Assembly: GCA_011620275.1 (NCBI GenBank)
Contig: WOZK01000004.1
Location: 21,931-85,930 of the forward strand
Origin: Candidatus Omnitrophota bacterium
GTDB taxonomy: Bacteria; Omnitrophota; Gorgyraeia; Gygaellales; Profunditerraquicolaceae
Direction: 5' to 3'
DNA: 64,000 nucleotides
Shown: one piece after another, positions 48,846 through 59,262 of the stretch
How positions within the stretch are numbered: position 1 is the stretch's first letter
How the letters are laid out: the number at the start of each line of letters is the position of its first letter
Made by a program: the position numbers and the translations under genes
Notes under the pieces: model-generated
Database searches by the model: none
What the model saw: the letters and a program-made list of their open reading frames with translations, nothing else
Told to the model about the DNA's origin: nothing

Positions 48846-49733
48846 CTAATTCCCGGAGACCTGATCCCTGAGCCCGTATTTCCTGACATTATTGTCAGCA
48901 ATCTCCTGGATCTTCTTTATTTCCTCGGCGGCACCCGTAAGGTGCTTAAACCTTCCCTGCATTTTCAGGTACTCTTCCACAGGTTTGGCCTGCGCCAGTT
49001 TACGCACGGCGGAGAGCTGTCCGTTCTCATACTCAAACAGCGGATAAAGGCCGGTTTCTACGGCTGATTTCGCCACGGTAAGGGTGAGGCCCGAATCGTG
49101 CCTCCACCCAAGCGGGCATGGGACGTGTATCTGCATATATTTGGGGCCTTTTATTGAAAAAGCTTTCTTGACCTTTCTCTGGATGTCCTGCGGGAACGCT
49201 ACCGAGGCTGTCGCGACATACGGGATGCCGTGCGCCACGGCTATCTCCGGCAGGGCTTTCTTGGGCCGCAAATTGCCGAAGGACTGCTTGCCGGACGGGC
49301 TGGTGGTAGTGTTGGAATCGAAAGGCGTAAGGCCGCTGCGCTGGACACCGGTGTTCATATAAGCTTCATTGTCGTAGCAAACGTAGAGAATATCGTGGCC
49401 GCGCTCCAGCATCCCCGAGAGAGCCTGCAGGCCGATATCCGCGGTCCCGCCGTCTCCGGCCTGGGCAATAATGTTGATACCGTCTTTCTTGCCCATGAAT
49501 TTGAGTGCGGATTCGACTCCGGAAGCCACTGCCGCGCAGTTTTCGAATAGAGAATGGATAAAGGGGACCTCCCAGGCTGACTCCGGGTATTTCGTGGAAA
49601 ACACCTCCAGACAGCCCGTGTTATTGACTACTATAGTGTTCGGCCCGCTGGCGTCTATGACAAGTCTCGCCGCCAAAGACTGGCCGCATCCCGCGCAGGC
49701 GGTATGACCCGAGACAAAAAGGTTCTTATTCAT
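48846..49733 (-). CDS. porB: 2-oxoacid:ferredoxin oxidoreductase, beta (TPP-binding) subunit
   Basis: GHTACAGCG and the TPP-binding GDGG motif. 295 aa. Confidence 0.85.
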   Translation of the reverse strand: MNKNLFVSGHTACAGCGQSLAARLVIDASGPNTIVVNNTGCLEVFSTKYPESAWEVPFIHSLFENCAAVASGVESALKFMGKKDGINIIAQAGDGGTADIGLQALSGMLERGHDILYVCYDNEAYMNTGVQRSGLTPFDSNTTTSPSGKQSFGNLRPKKALPEIAVAHGIPYVATASVAFPQDIQRKVKKAFSIKGPKYMQIHVPCPLGWRHDSGLTLTVAKSAVETGLYPLFEYENGQLSAVRKLAQAKPVEEYLKMQGRFKHLTGAAEEIKKIQEIADNNVRKYGLRDQVSGN

Positions 49734-50907
49734 AACTCTCCTTTAGAAGTTCCGGCTTCAGGTCTATGAATTCGCCGTTTCTTTCCCTGCCGTTTAGTAA
49801 TTTTATCACTTCTCTGATCGAGTCTTTGGTAATATCCCTGCCGCCGAGCCCGACCACGAAACTGCTGATCACAGAAGGGGCCTTCTTCTTGCCGAAGAAA
49901 GCCGCTTTTACTTCCGAGGCCAGCGGGGCGGTCGACCCCAGAGACAACGCCCTGTCTATCACGGCGACCTTGGATGCGCCTTTAAGCGCGTCGTATATTT
50001 GCTGCGCCGGGAACGGACGCAGGCAGGAAACTTTCAACAATCCTATCTTCTTACCCTTCGCCCTGGCTTCGTCTATGACTTCTTTGATGGTGCCGCAGAC
50101 GGAGCCGATAGCGACGATCACTTTTTCGGCGCCCTCAAGATGATATCCCTCCACCAATCCGTTATACTTTCGGCCGAAGGTCTTGGCGAACTCCGCGGTT
50201 ATCTGAGGAAGCATATCCAAAACCTTCTTCTGCGTCTCCTGAAGGGCATAACGCGTCTCCATGTAATATTCCGGATCCACCAGCGGCCCCATGGTCACCG
50301 GTGCTGCCGGGTCGAGCTTATACGGAGCGATATATGGAGGCAGGAAATTGTCCACCATCGTCTGCTCAGGGATATCGACCGTCTCTATCCCGTGAGTAAG
50401 AATAAATCCGTCCATGCAGACCATAACCGGAAGCATGATCGATTTATTCTCGGCGAGTTTGTAAGCTATAAGATGCAAGTCTACCGCTTCCTGAATATCT
50501 TCGGCGTGCAGTTGTATCCAACCGCTGTCGCGCAGGGATACCGCGTCCTGCTGGTCGTTCCAGATATTAATGGGAGCCGAAATAGCCCTGGCCGCACAGG
50601 TCATCACCACCGGCAATCTCATCCCGGCGATGTTAAAAAGCACTTCGAACATATAAAACAATCCCTGGGAACTGGTCGCGGTGTAAGAGCGCACGCCGGT
50701 GGCCGACGCCCCCAGCACCACGGAAGCCGCGGAATGTTCCGATTCCACGTTCACGGTCTGCGCCGCGAGCTTGCCGTCGGAAACAAACTGCGCCAGATCC
50801 TCTACGATGTGCGTCTGCGGGGTTATGGGATAGGCGGATATCACGCCGGGTTTGCATAGGCGGACGACCTCCGCTACTGCGTGTGAACCTTCAACGAACT
50901 CTTTCAT
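49726..50907 (-). CDS. porA: 2-oxoacid:ferredoxin oxidoreductase, alpha subunit
   Basis: MKEFVEGSHAVAEVVRLCKPGVISAYPITPQT. 393 aa. Confidence 0.85.
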   Translation of the reverse strand: MKEFVEGSHAVAEVVRLCKPGVISAYPITPQTHIVEDLAQFVSDGKLAAQTVNVESEHSAASVVLGASATGVRSYTATSSQGLFYMFEVLFNIAGMRLPVVMTCAARAISAPINIWNDQQDAVSLRDSGWIQLHAEDIQEAVDLHLIAYKLAENKSIMLPVMVCMDGFILTHGIETVDIPEQTMVDNFLPPYIAPYKLDPAAPVTMGPLVDPEYYMETRYALQETQKKVLDMLPQITAEFAKTFGRKYNGLVEGYHLEGAEKVIVAIGSVCGTIKEVIDEARAKGKKIGLLKVSCLRPFPAQQIYDALKGASKVAVIDRALSLGSTAPLASEVKAAFFGKKKAPSVISSFVVGLGGRDITKDSIREVIKLLNGRERNGEFIDLKPELLKESYE

Positions 50908-50939
50908 AGCTATTCCTTTTCAGTATAGGGATGACGCGG

Positions 50940-51197
50940 TTAGTTTTCCTCTTTAACCATTTCGATGTCCTGTTTAGGGCAAACGGAGGCGCAAAGACCG
51001 CACCCCTTGCAGAAATTCGGGTCGAATCTGTAGGTATTCTTCCCTTCGCCTTCTATGCAGGCTTCGGGGCAAACCAAAAGGCACATACGGCAGGCGATGC
51101 AGTTCTTCTGCAGGTATTTCGGCCTTTTCTCGATCCGCCATGAACCTGTTTTATTATTCTTGCTGGAACCGGGCTTGGAAATAAGTGGTCCGAACAT
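50940..51197 (-). CDS. porD: 2-oxoacid:ferredoxin oxidoreductase, delta subunit (2x[4Fe-4S])
   Basis: CIACRMCLLVCP and CKGCGLCASVCP. 85 aa. Confidence 0.8.
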   Translation of the reverse strand: MFGPLISKPGSSKNNKTGSWRIEKRPKYLQKNCIACRMCLLVCPEACIEGEGKNTYRFDPNFCKGCGLCASVCPKQDIEMVKEEN

Positions 51198-51757
51198 TAT
51201 TTTACCTCGTTATATTTATGTTTCACGTACTCAAAACCCTCTTTTACCGACGCTATATTCCCATCCAACGCTTTACCGCTGAATCTCTTCTTAACCGCCT
51301 CCAGCAGTGCCTCCTGGCTGAACTCTCCGGTGGCTGCGGCAAACGCGCCAAGCAGAGCCGTGTTAGCCAGCGGCCTGCCGATGGTCTTCATGGCTATGTC
51401 CGTCGCCGGAACCACCAAGGACTTCTGGCGCGCCGACAGTTTCGGGATTTCCACTTCGCCGTCCTTACCGTTTATCACGGCAATGCCGGCGTCTTGCAGA
51501 CCGGAAAAACAGTTAAACCCGCGCATCAGAGTCGGATCGATCACCAACAGATAATCCGGTTCGTAAATTTGACTGCGCAGGCGCACGGGCTTGGAATCCA
51601 CCCGCACATACGCGTTCATCGGCGCTCCCATACGCGCGGCCCCGAAATTCGGGAAGGCATAAGGATACATCCCCTGCAGGAAATAAACATACCCCAACAA
51701 CGAAGCCGTAGTAATGGCGCCCTGCCCCGCCCTTGCGTGAATACGTATTTCTTTCAT
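51197..51757 (-). CDS. porG: 2-oxoacid:ferredoxin oxidoreductase, gamma subunit
   Basis: MKEIRIHARAGQGAITTASLLG. 186 aa. First gene of the operon. Confidence 0.8.
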   Translation of the reverse strand: MKEIRIHARAGQGAITTASLLGYVYFLQGMYPYAFPNFGAARMGAPMNAYVRVDSKPVRLRSQIYEPDYLLVIDPTLMRGFNCFSGLQDAGIAVINGKDGEVEIPKLSARQKSLVVPATDIAMKTIGRPLANTALLGAFAAATGEFSQEALLEAVKKRFSGKALDGNIASVKEGFEYVKHKYNEVK

Positions 51758-51875
51758 TATGGTTACTCCTTGAGGAATAATTAAGCTACCCAGACTTGTC
51801 CCTCGACTTTACTCAGGACAGGCACCCGGGGTACATTCGGGACACAGTCACGTTGGATTTTGTTGGTTACCGTAA

Positions 51876-52253
51876 CCAAGAACCGAAACGGGCTTAGTTA
51901 CCGTTGCCGATATTAAAACTCGTTTATCGTTTATGATGCCCTTGTCTTAGTCTTTATTTCCCTTCCCCTGGTGGGGGAGCAATAAGGACGATGATACTCT
52001 TCCTGCATCTTCCCCATCGAGGGGAAGAAAGATATGAATAATCTATTGGTTCGGGAGGGGATTGATTATCACCCCTCTAAAGCCTCCTTAGTTGTCACCC
52101 CTCCTCTATCCTCCTTAGTTACCACCCCTCCTTCATCCTCCCCATCGAGGGGAGGAAATACAGATTGAACCCTATTGGGTACCGTAGCCGAGAACCAAAA
52201 CGGACTTTGTTACCGTAACCGTTACCGAATTAAGTATCGTGTTCCCGGAATTC
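51876..52253. repeat. Composite repeat region upstream of the por operon. It has two ~45-bp GGTTACCGTAACC-type direct repeats, a G4/C4 hairpin tandem array (family 2, reverse orientation), and a terminal 23-bp REP-like copy at 52228..52253.
   Basis: The hairpins are TCCCC-TGGT-GGGGGA, CTTCCCC-ATCGA-GGGGAAG, GAGGGG-N11-CCCCTC and CCTCCCC-ATCGA-GGGGAGG. It has the same module order as 15325..15530, but inverted. Confidence 0.7.
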
Positions 52254-52665
52254 AAAATGTTTTGTAGTATTTTACTGCCGCCCCCTATGGCTGTCAAACA
52301 TTATTTTTAAAACATAGATGTAACTTACTGCGGCAAATAATGTTAGAGCGTACAGTTATCAAAAGAGCCTGGCAGGCGATTTCTACAGTAAAGGAAAAGG
52401 GGCTGAACCGCTCAACAGGCTCACTAAAAATGGTTATCGAAGGATCAAACCGCGGCGCGCCGGGTAGATTGCTTCAAGGAGGGCGACCGGCTCTCATCTG
52501 GCTTACCCGACTCTACTGACCGGGTCTCTCATAATGCGTTATATTTAAAACAGTTACAACGCCGGTTTCTTGAGTTTCTCGATGCCCAAGCCCGAGAAAC
52601 GGATTCTCAGCGGGCTGTTGATTCGTTACGGTTTGACTAATTTATAATGTGCGCTCGGCTCTGTT

Positions 52666-53958
52666 TTAGCGCCCTATTCCTTTATATAGGAATCCGAATC
52701 GCTCTATTGTCTCCGGATTAAAAATGTTCCTGCCGTCTATGATAAACCGGCTGCGCATCACTTTTTTAAGTTTGGCCGGGTCAAGACGCCGGAATTCCTC
52801 CCACTCAGTAACTACCAGCAGACAATCCGCTCCTGTGGCGGCATCGTAGGCGTCACGGCAGAACTTCACCCCCCTTAATTCCCGCGCGGCTTTAGGCATC
52901 GCGTGCGGATCATAAGCCCGGATCCTGGCGCCTGAGCGCTGCAGCGTAACTATGAGCTCGAGGGCGATGGAATTACGGATGTCATCGGTGTTCGGTTTGA
53001 AACTTAAACCCAGCACGGCGACGGTCTTGTTTTTTATTTTACCGAGCACAGCTTTTACTTTTTTGAAGACGACTTTCTTCTGCTCCTTGTTTATACTGCG
53101 CACTGCTTTCAGCAGTTCAAAGTCATAGCCTTTTTTCTGGGCGATATGGATAAAGGCGTCCAGGTCTTTGGGAAAACAATACCCCCCGAACCCGACCCCG
53201 GCGTCGAGAAAAGAGGCGCCGATGCGCTTGTCGAGCCCCATGGCGTGCGCCACCTGCTTGACATCAGCCCCGACAAGCTCGCAAAGATTGGCCACGGCGT
53301 TTATAAAGGATATCTTGGTGGAAAGAAAACCGTTGCAGGCGTGCTTGATGATCTCCGCCGTGGGGATATTGGTCACTACAACCGGGGCATTGATCGGGGC
53401 GTAGAGCCTGCGCATTATCTTCCCGGCCTTCTCGCTTTCCACCCCTATCACAATGCGGTCGGGATGCATGGTATCGGAAATGGCCTGCCCCTCACGCAGG
53501 AATTCCGGGTTGGAGACCACGTCGAATTCGTATTTGCCGCGCGTTATCCTCTTCACGGTCCGCCGGATACGTTCCCCGGTCTGCACCGGAACCGTGGATT
53601 TGCCGACGATCACTTTGTAGCCGTTCATAGACCCGGCGATCCTCTGCGCCACATATTCCACCGCCGAAAGGTCAGCGCCGCCGTCAGCGTTGGCCGGCGT
53701 GCCCACGCAAATAAAAATAATATCCGACTTACGCGTGGCTTCTTTAATGCTGTGGATAAACCTTATCCTGCCGGACTTCCTGTTCTTTCTTATCAATTCA
53801 TTCAGCCCGGGTTCATAAATGGGAACACCGCCTTTTTTCAGTCTCTCCAGCTTCCCGCGATCGTTGTCCACGCAGAGCACTCTATTGCCGATCTCCGCCA
53901 GGCACGCCGCCGTCACCAACCCCACGTATCCGGCACCTATCACGCAGATGTTATACAT
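52666..53958 (-). CDS. ugd: UDP-glucose 6-dehydrogenase family (nucleotide-sugar dehydrogenase)
   Basis: MYNICVIGAGYVGLVTAACLAEIGNRV Rossmann N-terminus. 430 aa. The exact sugar specificity is not determinable. Confidence 0.8.
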   Translation of the reverse strand: MYNICVIGAGYVGLVTAACLAEIGNRVLCVDNDRGKLERLKKGGVPIYEPGLNELIRKNRKSGRIRFIHSIKEATRKSDIIFICVGTPANADGGADLSAVEYVAQRIAGSMNGYKVIVGKSTVPVQTGERIRRTVKRITRGKYEFDVVSNPEFLREGQAISDTMHPDRIVIGVESEKAGKIMRRLYAPINAPVVVTNIPTAEIIKHACNGFLSTKISFINAVANLCELVGADVKQVAHAMGLDKRIGASFLDAGVGFGGYCFPKDLDAFIHIAQKKGYDFELLKAVRSINKEQKKVVFKKVKAVLGKIKNKTVAVLGLSFKPNTDDIRNSIALELIVTLQRSGARIRAYDPHAMPKAARELRGVKFCRDAYDAATGADCLLVVTEWEEFRRLDPAKLKKVMRSRFIIDGRNIFNPETIERFGFLYKGIGR

Positions 53959-53974
53959 TTAGATTACTCCTTCA

Positions 53975-55030
53975 TTAACCGGATGATTTTCTTTTTTTCA
54001 CTATCACCTCGTCCTTCTTGCGTTTAGTGCCCCTCGAGTTCTTCTGCTGCCATTCCCACGCCGAGGAGATTATTTGTTCCAAGCCGAGCTTGGGCCTCCA
54101 GCCAAGGAGTGCTTCAGCTTTGGCGTAGGAGGCCACTAGTTCCGCGGCGTCCCCTGGCCTGCGCGCGGCTATTTTCACCGGGATGGGACTGCCGGTGACT
54201 CTCTCGACGAATGAGATCATTTCTTTGACGCTGTATCCCCTGCCGCTGCCCAGATTCAAGGCGGCGTTTTTCACGCCCTTGCCCAGCGCGTCCAGGGCCA
54301 GCAAATGCGCCCGGACCAAATCCATCACGTGTATGTAATCCCTGATGCAGGTACCGTCGCGCGTGGGATAGTCATCCCCGAAGATGTTCAACGCCGGGAT
54401 ATCGCCCGCCGCCGCCTTCAGCGCGTTGGGAAGCAGATGCGTCGCCTCTTCAAGCGGCTGTCCTATCCTGCCGCTCGGGTGCGCTCCGGAAACGTTGAAG
54501 TAACGCAAAGACAGATAATCCATCTTTCCGGAGGCGGCGCAATCACGCAACATCTGCTCCACCATCATCTTGGAAGTTCCGTAAGGGTTCTCCGGCCGCA
54601 AGGGGACTTCCTCGTTCACCGGCATCAGTTCCGGCTGGCCGTAAACCGCGGCCGAGGAAGAGAAAATGAATTTGCGCGCGCCGTGCTTCAGGCAATGTCG
54701 AAGCAAGTTGACAGATCCCCAGACGTTGTTTTCGTAGTACTTCAACGGCTCGCTCACCGACTCCGGGACCACGATCGAAGCCGCGAAATGCAAGACGGCA
54801 TCGAAGCGGAAGCGCGAAAAAAGCTTCTCCAGATCCTGTGCGGACCGCAGATCACCCCGCACGAATTCCACGCCCTCCGGGACGCGCTCCCGCCTGCCGG
54901 TAGATAGATCGTCGAACACCACCGCTTCTCGACCCTGCTCAAGCAAGAGGCTCAACATATGCGAACCGATATACCCGGCACCACCGGTGATCAAAATGAG
55001 ATTATTTTTCAACGTAAGCTCCGAAGACAC
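53975..55030 (-). CDS. galE: UDP-glucose 4-epimerase GalE (SDR family)
   Basis: LITGGAGYIGSH and the YxxxK catalytic region. 351 aa. Confidence 0.85.
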   Translation of the reverse strand: MSSELTLKNNLILITGGAGYIGSHMLSLLLEQGREAVVFDDLSTGRRERVPEGVEFVRGDLRSAQDLEKLFSRFRFDAVLHFAASIVVPESVSEPLKYYENNVWGSVNLLRHCLKHGARKFIFSSSAAVYGQPELMPVNEEVPLRPENPYGTSKMMVEQMLRDCAASGKMDYLSLRYFNVSGAHPSGRIGQPLEEATHLLPNALKAAAGDIPALNIFGDDYPTRDGTCIRDYIHVMDLVRAHLLALDALGKGVKNAALNLGSGRGYSVKEMISFVERVTGSPIPVKIAARRPGDAAELVASYAKAEALLGWRPKLGLEQIISSAWEWQQKNSRGTKRKKDEVIVKKRKSSG

Positions 55031-55302
55031 AATTATTCGGCAACGGTCACGGTTACCAACAGACCCCTACCTGTCTTTCCTCCCGAATGGGCACCTCCAA
55101 TCTTTCCTCCCCTCGATGGGGAGGATGAAGGAGGGGTGATAATCTTCCCTGTCATCCGATGGAGAGGATGAAGAAGGGGTGGTAATCAAGGATGATTTAG
55201 GAGGGGTGACAATCAGTGCGCTGTTCAGTAAGTTTTTTAGACAGCTCACAGAGTCCGCTAAAACTTTAGTGCGGGCGGTCAAATTTCGACTTTCGATTTT
55301 TA
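55031..55302. repeat. Adjacent copies of repeat family 2 (55031..55215) and of the ~90-bp family 4 element (55215..55302, inverted relative to 3684..3770)
   Basis: The family-2 part has a CGGCAACGGTCACGGTTACC leader, then CTTTCCTCCCCTCGATGGGGAGGATGAAGGAGGGGTGATAATC, then degenerate GGAGGGGTGRYAATC units. The family-4 part is ~85% identical to copy 1. Confidence 0.7.
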
Positions 55303-55448
55303 AATACCTATACACGACAGCCGAGATTTAATCAAACCGCAAGGATCTCCGCTTTTCAAGCCGATTCCAAGAGACAATCTTAAAGATTTGATCCGGTTTT
55401 TTCAATACTTATTTTGAATAAAAAGGATATTCGCTGCTTCATACTCCT

Positions 55449-56579
55449 TTATCTTACCGCTTTTTTAAGCAGGAGCAAGGCGAGACGGATGCGGTTTTTC
55501 AATCCGCGGTTCCGCCAGACGCAAAGCAAATAATGCGTAAACACGGGCAATATGCCCCGCACCGGACGGCCTAATATTATTCCGCAGGCCCGGTCGTCTG
55601 CCATTGGGATAATATAGCCCGGGTCAAAAGGCCGGTATTTTATCGACGGGAGCGAATTTATATCGTTGAGGATATTTCTTGCGCAGGATTCGCCCTGGGT
55701 GATGGCGAATTGCACCGACATGCGCAAACAGCCTTGCCCTGCGGAGAAACAAATGTTGTCCCCGGCGGCAAAACACCTCCCGGATATCCGCAGGCACTCG
55801 TCTACCTTCAGCCTGCCTTGCGGCGTGCGCCGAACAGGAATACGGTCTATAAAATCCGGCGTCTTGACCCCGGCCGCCCAGACCACGATGCTATTGCCGA
55901 AAACACTTCCATCGGAAAGCACGCTCCTGCCGGCGCGCGTCTCCATAATAAAAAGCCCCGTCTTCACTTCTATCCCGCAGGCGGCGAGATCGTCCGTAAC
56001 GTAAGCCTTCATCCATTCCGGCAGCGGACCTAGAATCGAAGGCGATTTTTCTACGATAATTATTCGGCTCCTGCGCCGTTTTTTATGTAGAAAAAGCGAT
56101 AGATTAGAAGCGATCTCGATGCCGGTATAACCTCCCCCGGCAACCAGGTAATTATCGTAGCAACCGATTTCGATGGCCTGACGAAGTTTTAGGGCGTCGG
56201 AGACGCTGTCGAGTTTATAAGTTGACTCGGACAGGGAAATATTCCCGTAGAAATCGGTTTCCGTGCCGCAGGATAGCAGGAGATAATCGCAATCAATATT
56301 CAACCCGCTTCCCAGACGCAGACTTTTGCCGTCGGGTGAGACCGCATGGGCGATATCTTGAATGAAACGCGCCTTTAATCCCGAACAGATATCCTTAAAA
56401 GGATATGCCATCAATTCTGCCGGGATGCCTCTGCCCAGAACGTCCGGCAGCAGAGGCAAGAAATTAAAACAATGCCTCCTGTCCACCAGTACCGTTTCCA
56501 GCTTCTTGCCGCGGCGGGACAATATCCCGGCAGCAGCCAGCCCGGCAAATCCTCCCCCGACTATAACTACGCGTTTCAT
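55449..56579 (-). CDS. NAD(P)H:quinone oxidoreductase-like flavoprotein (NDH-2 / pyridine-nucleotide disulfide oxidoreductase family)
   Basis: The probable start MKRVVIVGGGFAGLAAAG at 56579 is the dinucleotide-binding motif. The ORF-track N-extension is unlikely to be real. Confidence 0.7.
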   Translation of the reverse strand: MKRVVIVGGGFAGLAAAGILSRRGKKLETVLVDRRHCFNFLPLLPDVLGRGIPAELMAYPFKDICSGLKARFIQDIAHAVSPDGKSLRLGSGLNIDCDYLLLSCGTETDFYGNISLSESTYKLDSVSDALKLRQAIEIGCYDNYLVAGGGYTGIEIASNLSLFLHKKRRRSRIIIVEKSPSILGPLPEWMKAYVTDDLAACGIEVKTGLFIMETRAGRSVLSDGSVFGNSIVVWAAGVKTPDFIDRIPVRRTPQGRLKVDECLRISGRCFAAGDNICFSAGQGCLRMSVQFAITQGESCARNILNDINSLPSIKYRPFDPGYIIPMADDRACGIILGRPVRGILPVFTHYLLCVWRNRGLKNRIRLALLLLKKAVR

Positions 56580-56788
56580 AATATTGATTTTACCATAAAC
56601 TTCCTTTAAGCTTAAGGCATATTTATTCCCGGCCCGATAGCCGGAAGCATTTTTTCTATTCGCTCCCCCGAAAAAGTTGACACAAACAATAGTTTCCAGA
56701 CCGCGGCGGCGATAAACCTTATACAGCAGCAAACATACATCCTTTTAAAAAAATCCGGTATTCAGCATGGCAAATAAAGCGAACACCT

Positions 56789-57480
56789 TTAAAGTTGAGC
56801 CATACTTCTATATGTTCCCGAGAGGATTCTTCTGCAAGCGAAGTCGGCGCTGATCAGGCACATCGGCACGCCGATGCCGGGGAGGGTGTTGCCTCCGGCA
56901 TAAAACAGGTTGCGTATTTTCCTGCTCCTGTTAGCCGGCCTGAACATCGCGGTCTGCCCGAGAGTATACGCCAGCCCGAGCGCGGAACCGCGGAAGCTGT
57001 GGTAACGCGAGACGAAGTCCTTCACGCAGAAATGATGTTTGACCTGCAGTCTTGACCGCAAGGACGGGATATTCCTTTTTCCATTATGTGCAGTATTTTG
57101 TCCGTATAGGCGGATAGTTCTCCGGTCCCGTATTCCAGCCCGGCAGGGATCGGCACGAAAACGAACAGGTGTGGCGCGACGGCGAGGTCGGAGTAAAAAT
57201 CCGCCTGCCTTCCCCCTTTAAAAAGGACCCGTAGGAAGGGCTCAATTTCACCAGCTCCAGATAGTCAACCACACGCTCATTGAGTAGCGCGAAGAATTTC
57301 TCGAAGATGTCAGGATTAAGGCACCAAGGACGGCCCCATATCGTAAACGAAACCCTGTGCCTCCATAATATTACAACGCCCGCCGGATTTACGGTTATTG
57401 TCGAACACTTTCACCTCCCACCTTCTTCTTGGACAAGGATGCAGGCTGAAGCCAGGCCGCCGATACCGGCCCCGATGACC
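56789..57480 (-). pseudogene. Remnant of a phytoene-desaturase-family (CrtI/HpnE-like amine oxidase) gene. About half is deleted and it has multiple frameshifts.
   Basis: N-terminal MKKKAAVIGAGIGGLASA FAD motif, then a stop. Internal fragments lie in other frames. The C-terminal LFYAGGNTLPGIGVPMCLISA signature is in the 56789..57061 ORF. Total span is ~0.7 kb, against ~1.5 kb expected. Confidence 0.55.
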
Positions 57481-57493
57481 GCGGCTTTCTTCT

Positions 57494-58378
57494 TCATATA
57501 TTCCCTCCGGGCAGATTTAAAAGCGTTCTTAAAGCCAGAACCGCTTTCTCGGCCGTCCCGCTGCGGGCGCGGCCGAGGAAGCGGTTATAGTCCATCTGTT
57601 TTATCTTCACCAGGATGCGGCTGTAGAAAGCCGAGGCCACGCGCACCGCCAGCCTGCCGCGCTTGTCCAGCATGGCGATGCCGGGCTGAGCGCGGCGGTA
57701 AATCCCGGCAGAGCGCTCTACCTGTAATTTCATAAAATCCCGAAATGCCGGCGAGAAACGCCTGTGCGAGATGTCCTCACGCGAGAGCCCATAGGCAGCC
57801 AGCTCGTCGAGCGGCATGTATATCCTTCCCCTCTGCCGGTAATCCTCGTCTATATCGCGCAGAAAATTGGTAAGCTGCATCGCTTCTCCCAGGCAGGAGG
57901 CGTATTCCAGCGCGCGCGAATCGTTGAAACCGATGATGTAACAAAGCATCAATCCCACCACGCAGGCAGAGCCGTACATATATTCGCGCAATTCTCCGTA
58001 ATCCGCGTATTCCCGCTTCTCGATATCCATGAACATCGAGCGAAAAAAATCCTCGCTGTAACCGTAGGGGATATTGTATCTGCGGAACACTCTCAGCGCC
58101 GAACGCAAAACAGGCTCATCGGAAACATCTCCGCGGCAGGCGGCACGCCACTTGCCCAGCCAGGCGGAAAGCTCTGCCTTTATGCGCTCTTCGCCGCCGG
58201 AACGGTTATTGTCCACGATCTCATCGGGGATGCGCAGGAAGGCGTAAAGCGAATATACGGAACAGCGTAATTCCGCCGGGAAAAAAGCGGCGGCGTAATA
58301 ATAATTCAAGCCGTGCTTTTTGTTGAGCGAACGGCAGATCCGCAGATCCTCTTTTCCCGTTCCGGAAACTACAGGCAT
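57494..58378 (-). CDS. Squalene/phytoene synthase family protein (CrtB/HpnD-like)
   Basis: YYYAAAFFP...LYAFLRIPDEIVD (first Asp-rich motif), a second motif region FLRDIDEDY, and a YM(I)G..VGLML-type core. Probable start at 58378. 294 aa. Confidence 0.75.
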   Translation of the reverse strand: MPVVSGTGKEDLRICRSLNKKHGLNYYYAAAFFPAELRCSVYSLYAFLRIPDEIVDNNRSGGEERIKAELSAWLGKWRAACRGDVSDEPVLRSALRVFRRYNIPYGYSEDFFRSMFMDIEKREYADYGELREYMYGSACVVGLMLCYIIGFNDSRALEYASCLGEAMQLTNFLRDIDEDYRQRGRIYMPLDELAAYGLSREDISHRRFSPAFRDFMKLQVERSAGIYRRAQPGIAMLDKRGRLAVRVASAFYSRILVKIKQMDYNRFLGRARSGTAEKAVLALRTLLNLPGGNI

Positions 58379-58510
58379 ATTCACCGGTTTTGCGCTTTTT
58401 CCCAGACGATCAGGCAGAAGCCGGCCATGCTGAAATCGAAGAGAAAATCCTCCAGCAGAATACTCGCCCAGCCTTATGCCGGAGAACATCGTTGGGTTAT
58501 AGATAACTAT

Positions 58511-58973
58511 CTACCGCGAAGTAAGATAACCGTTCACCAGCAGTTTAAAGAAAAAATCACCGCTAGAAAAACGTAGAAGAGGCGGCGCTTCATCAGCCCG
58601 GGCCGGAAGATTCTGTCCATTACCGGTATCGCCGCGGCAAAAATGATTGCGAACAGGGTATATTCCCGCATCACGCCTTCCTGAATCTCGTTCCAGATAC
58701 TTGAGAGTTCCCCAAGTAAAAAGACAACAGAACGGTATGACCACAAAGAAAAGTATTTCCTCCAGCGGGAGGCCGAGGAAACGAAACGGCCGCACGGCCA
58801 GGCCAATGGCCGCGAGCGGCAGCCAGGACGTCCCAGCCGCCGAAAACCAACAAAGTAGCGCCTATCGCGATGGTAAACGCTGATAAACGGCGGTACAATT
58901 TTAAAATGGGCCAGAAACTAAGGAACAGAGGCAGGAAAAGAGAAATCAAAAGTACCGCCATGTATTCCGACAT
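58511..58973 (-). pseudogene. Lycopene cyclase domain (CrtYcd-type) gene, disrupted by at least two frameshifts and truncated
   Basis: Frame A has MSEYMAVLLISLFLPL...GGWDVLAAARGHW. Frame C has FLGLPLEEILFFVVIPFCCLF. Frame B has REYTLFAIIFAAAIPV. These are the characteristic WDxxAxxxGxW and PLEExLFF motifs, in different frames. Confidence 0.5.
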
Positions 58974-59262
58974 AACCTTATTTTATCTTAACCGTCGAAT
59001 ACGTCAACAATATTTAAGGGTCTTAACGCCATGGCATGGATTCCATGAAATTGACTTTTGATACCTTATTTTCATCTTTCTTGTCTCGTACTCATTCATC
59101 ACCGCACAATCGAACACTTGACAATCCGACAAGCTAAGGTTTAGACCCGATACCTCCAAAGGGCAGGGCGTTCCAGACTATTTAAGGGACACACTTATGC
59201 CGCAGCTCTCTACGGCAGCGAAAGAGAAAGACACCCGGGGCCGCGACGAGGCAATACAATAA

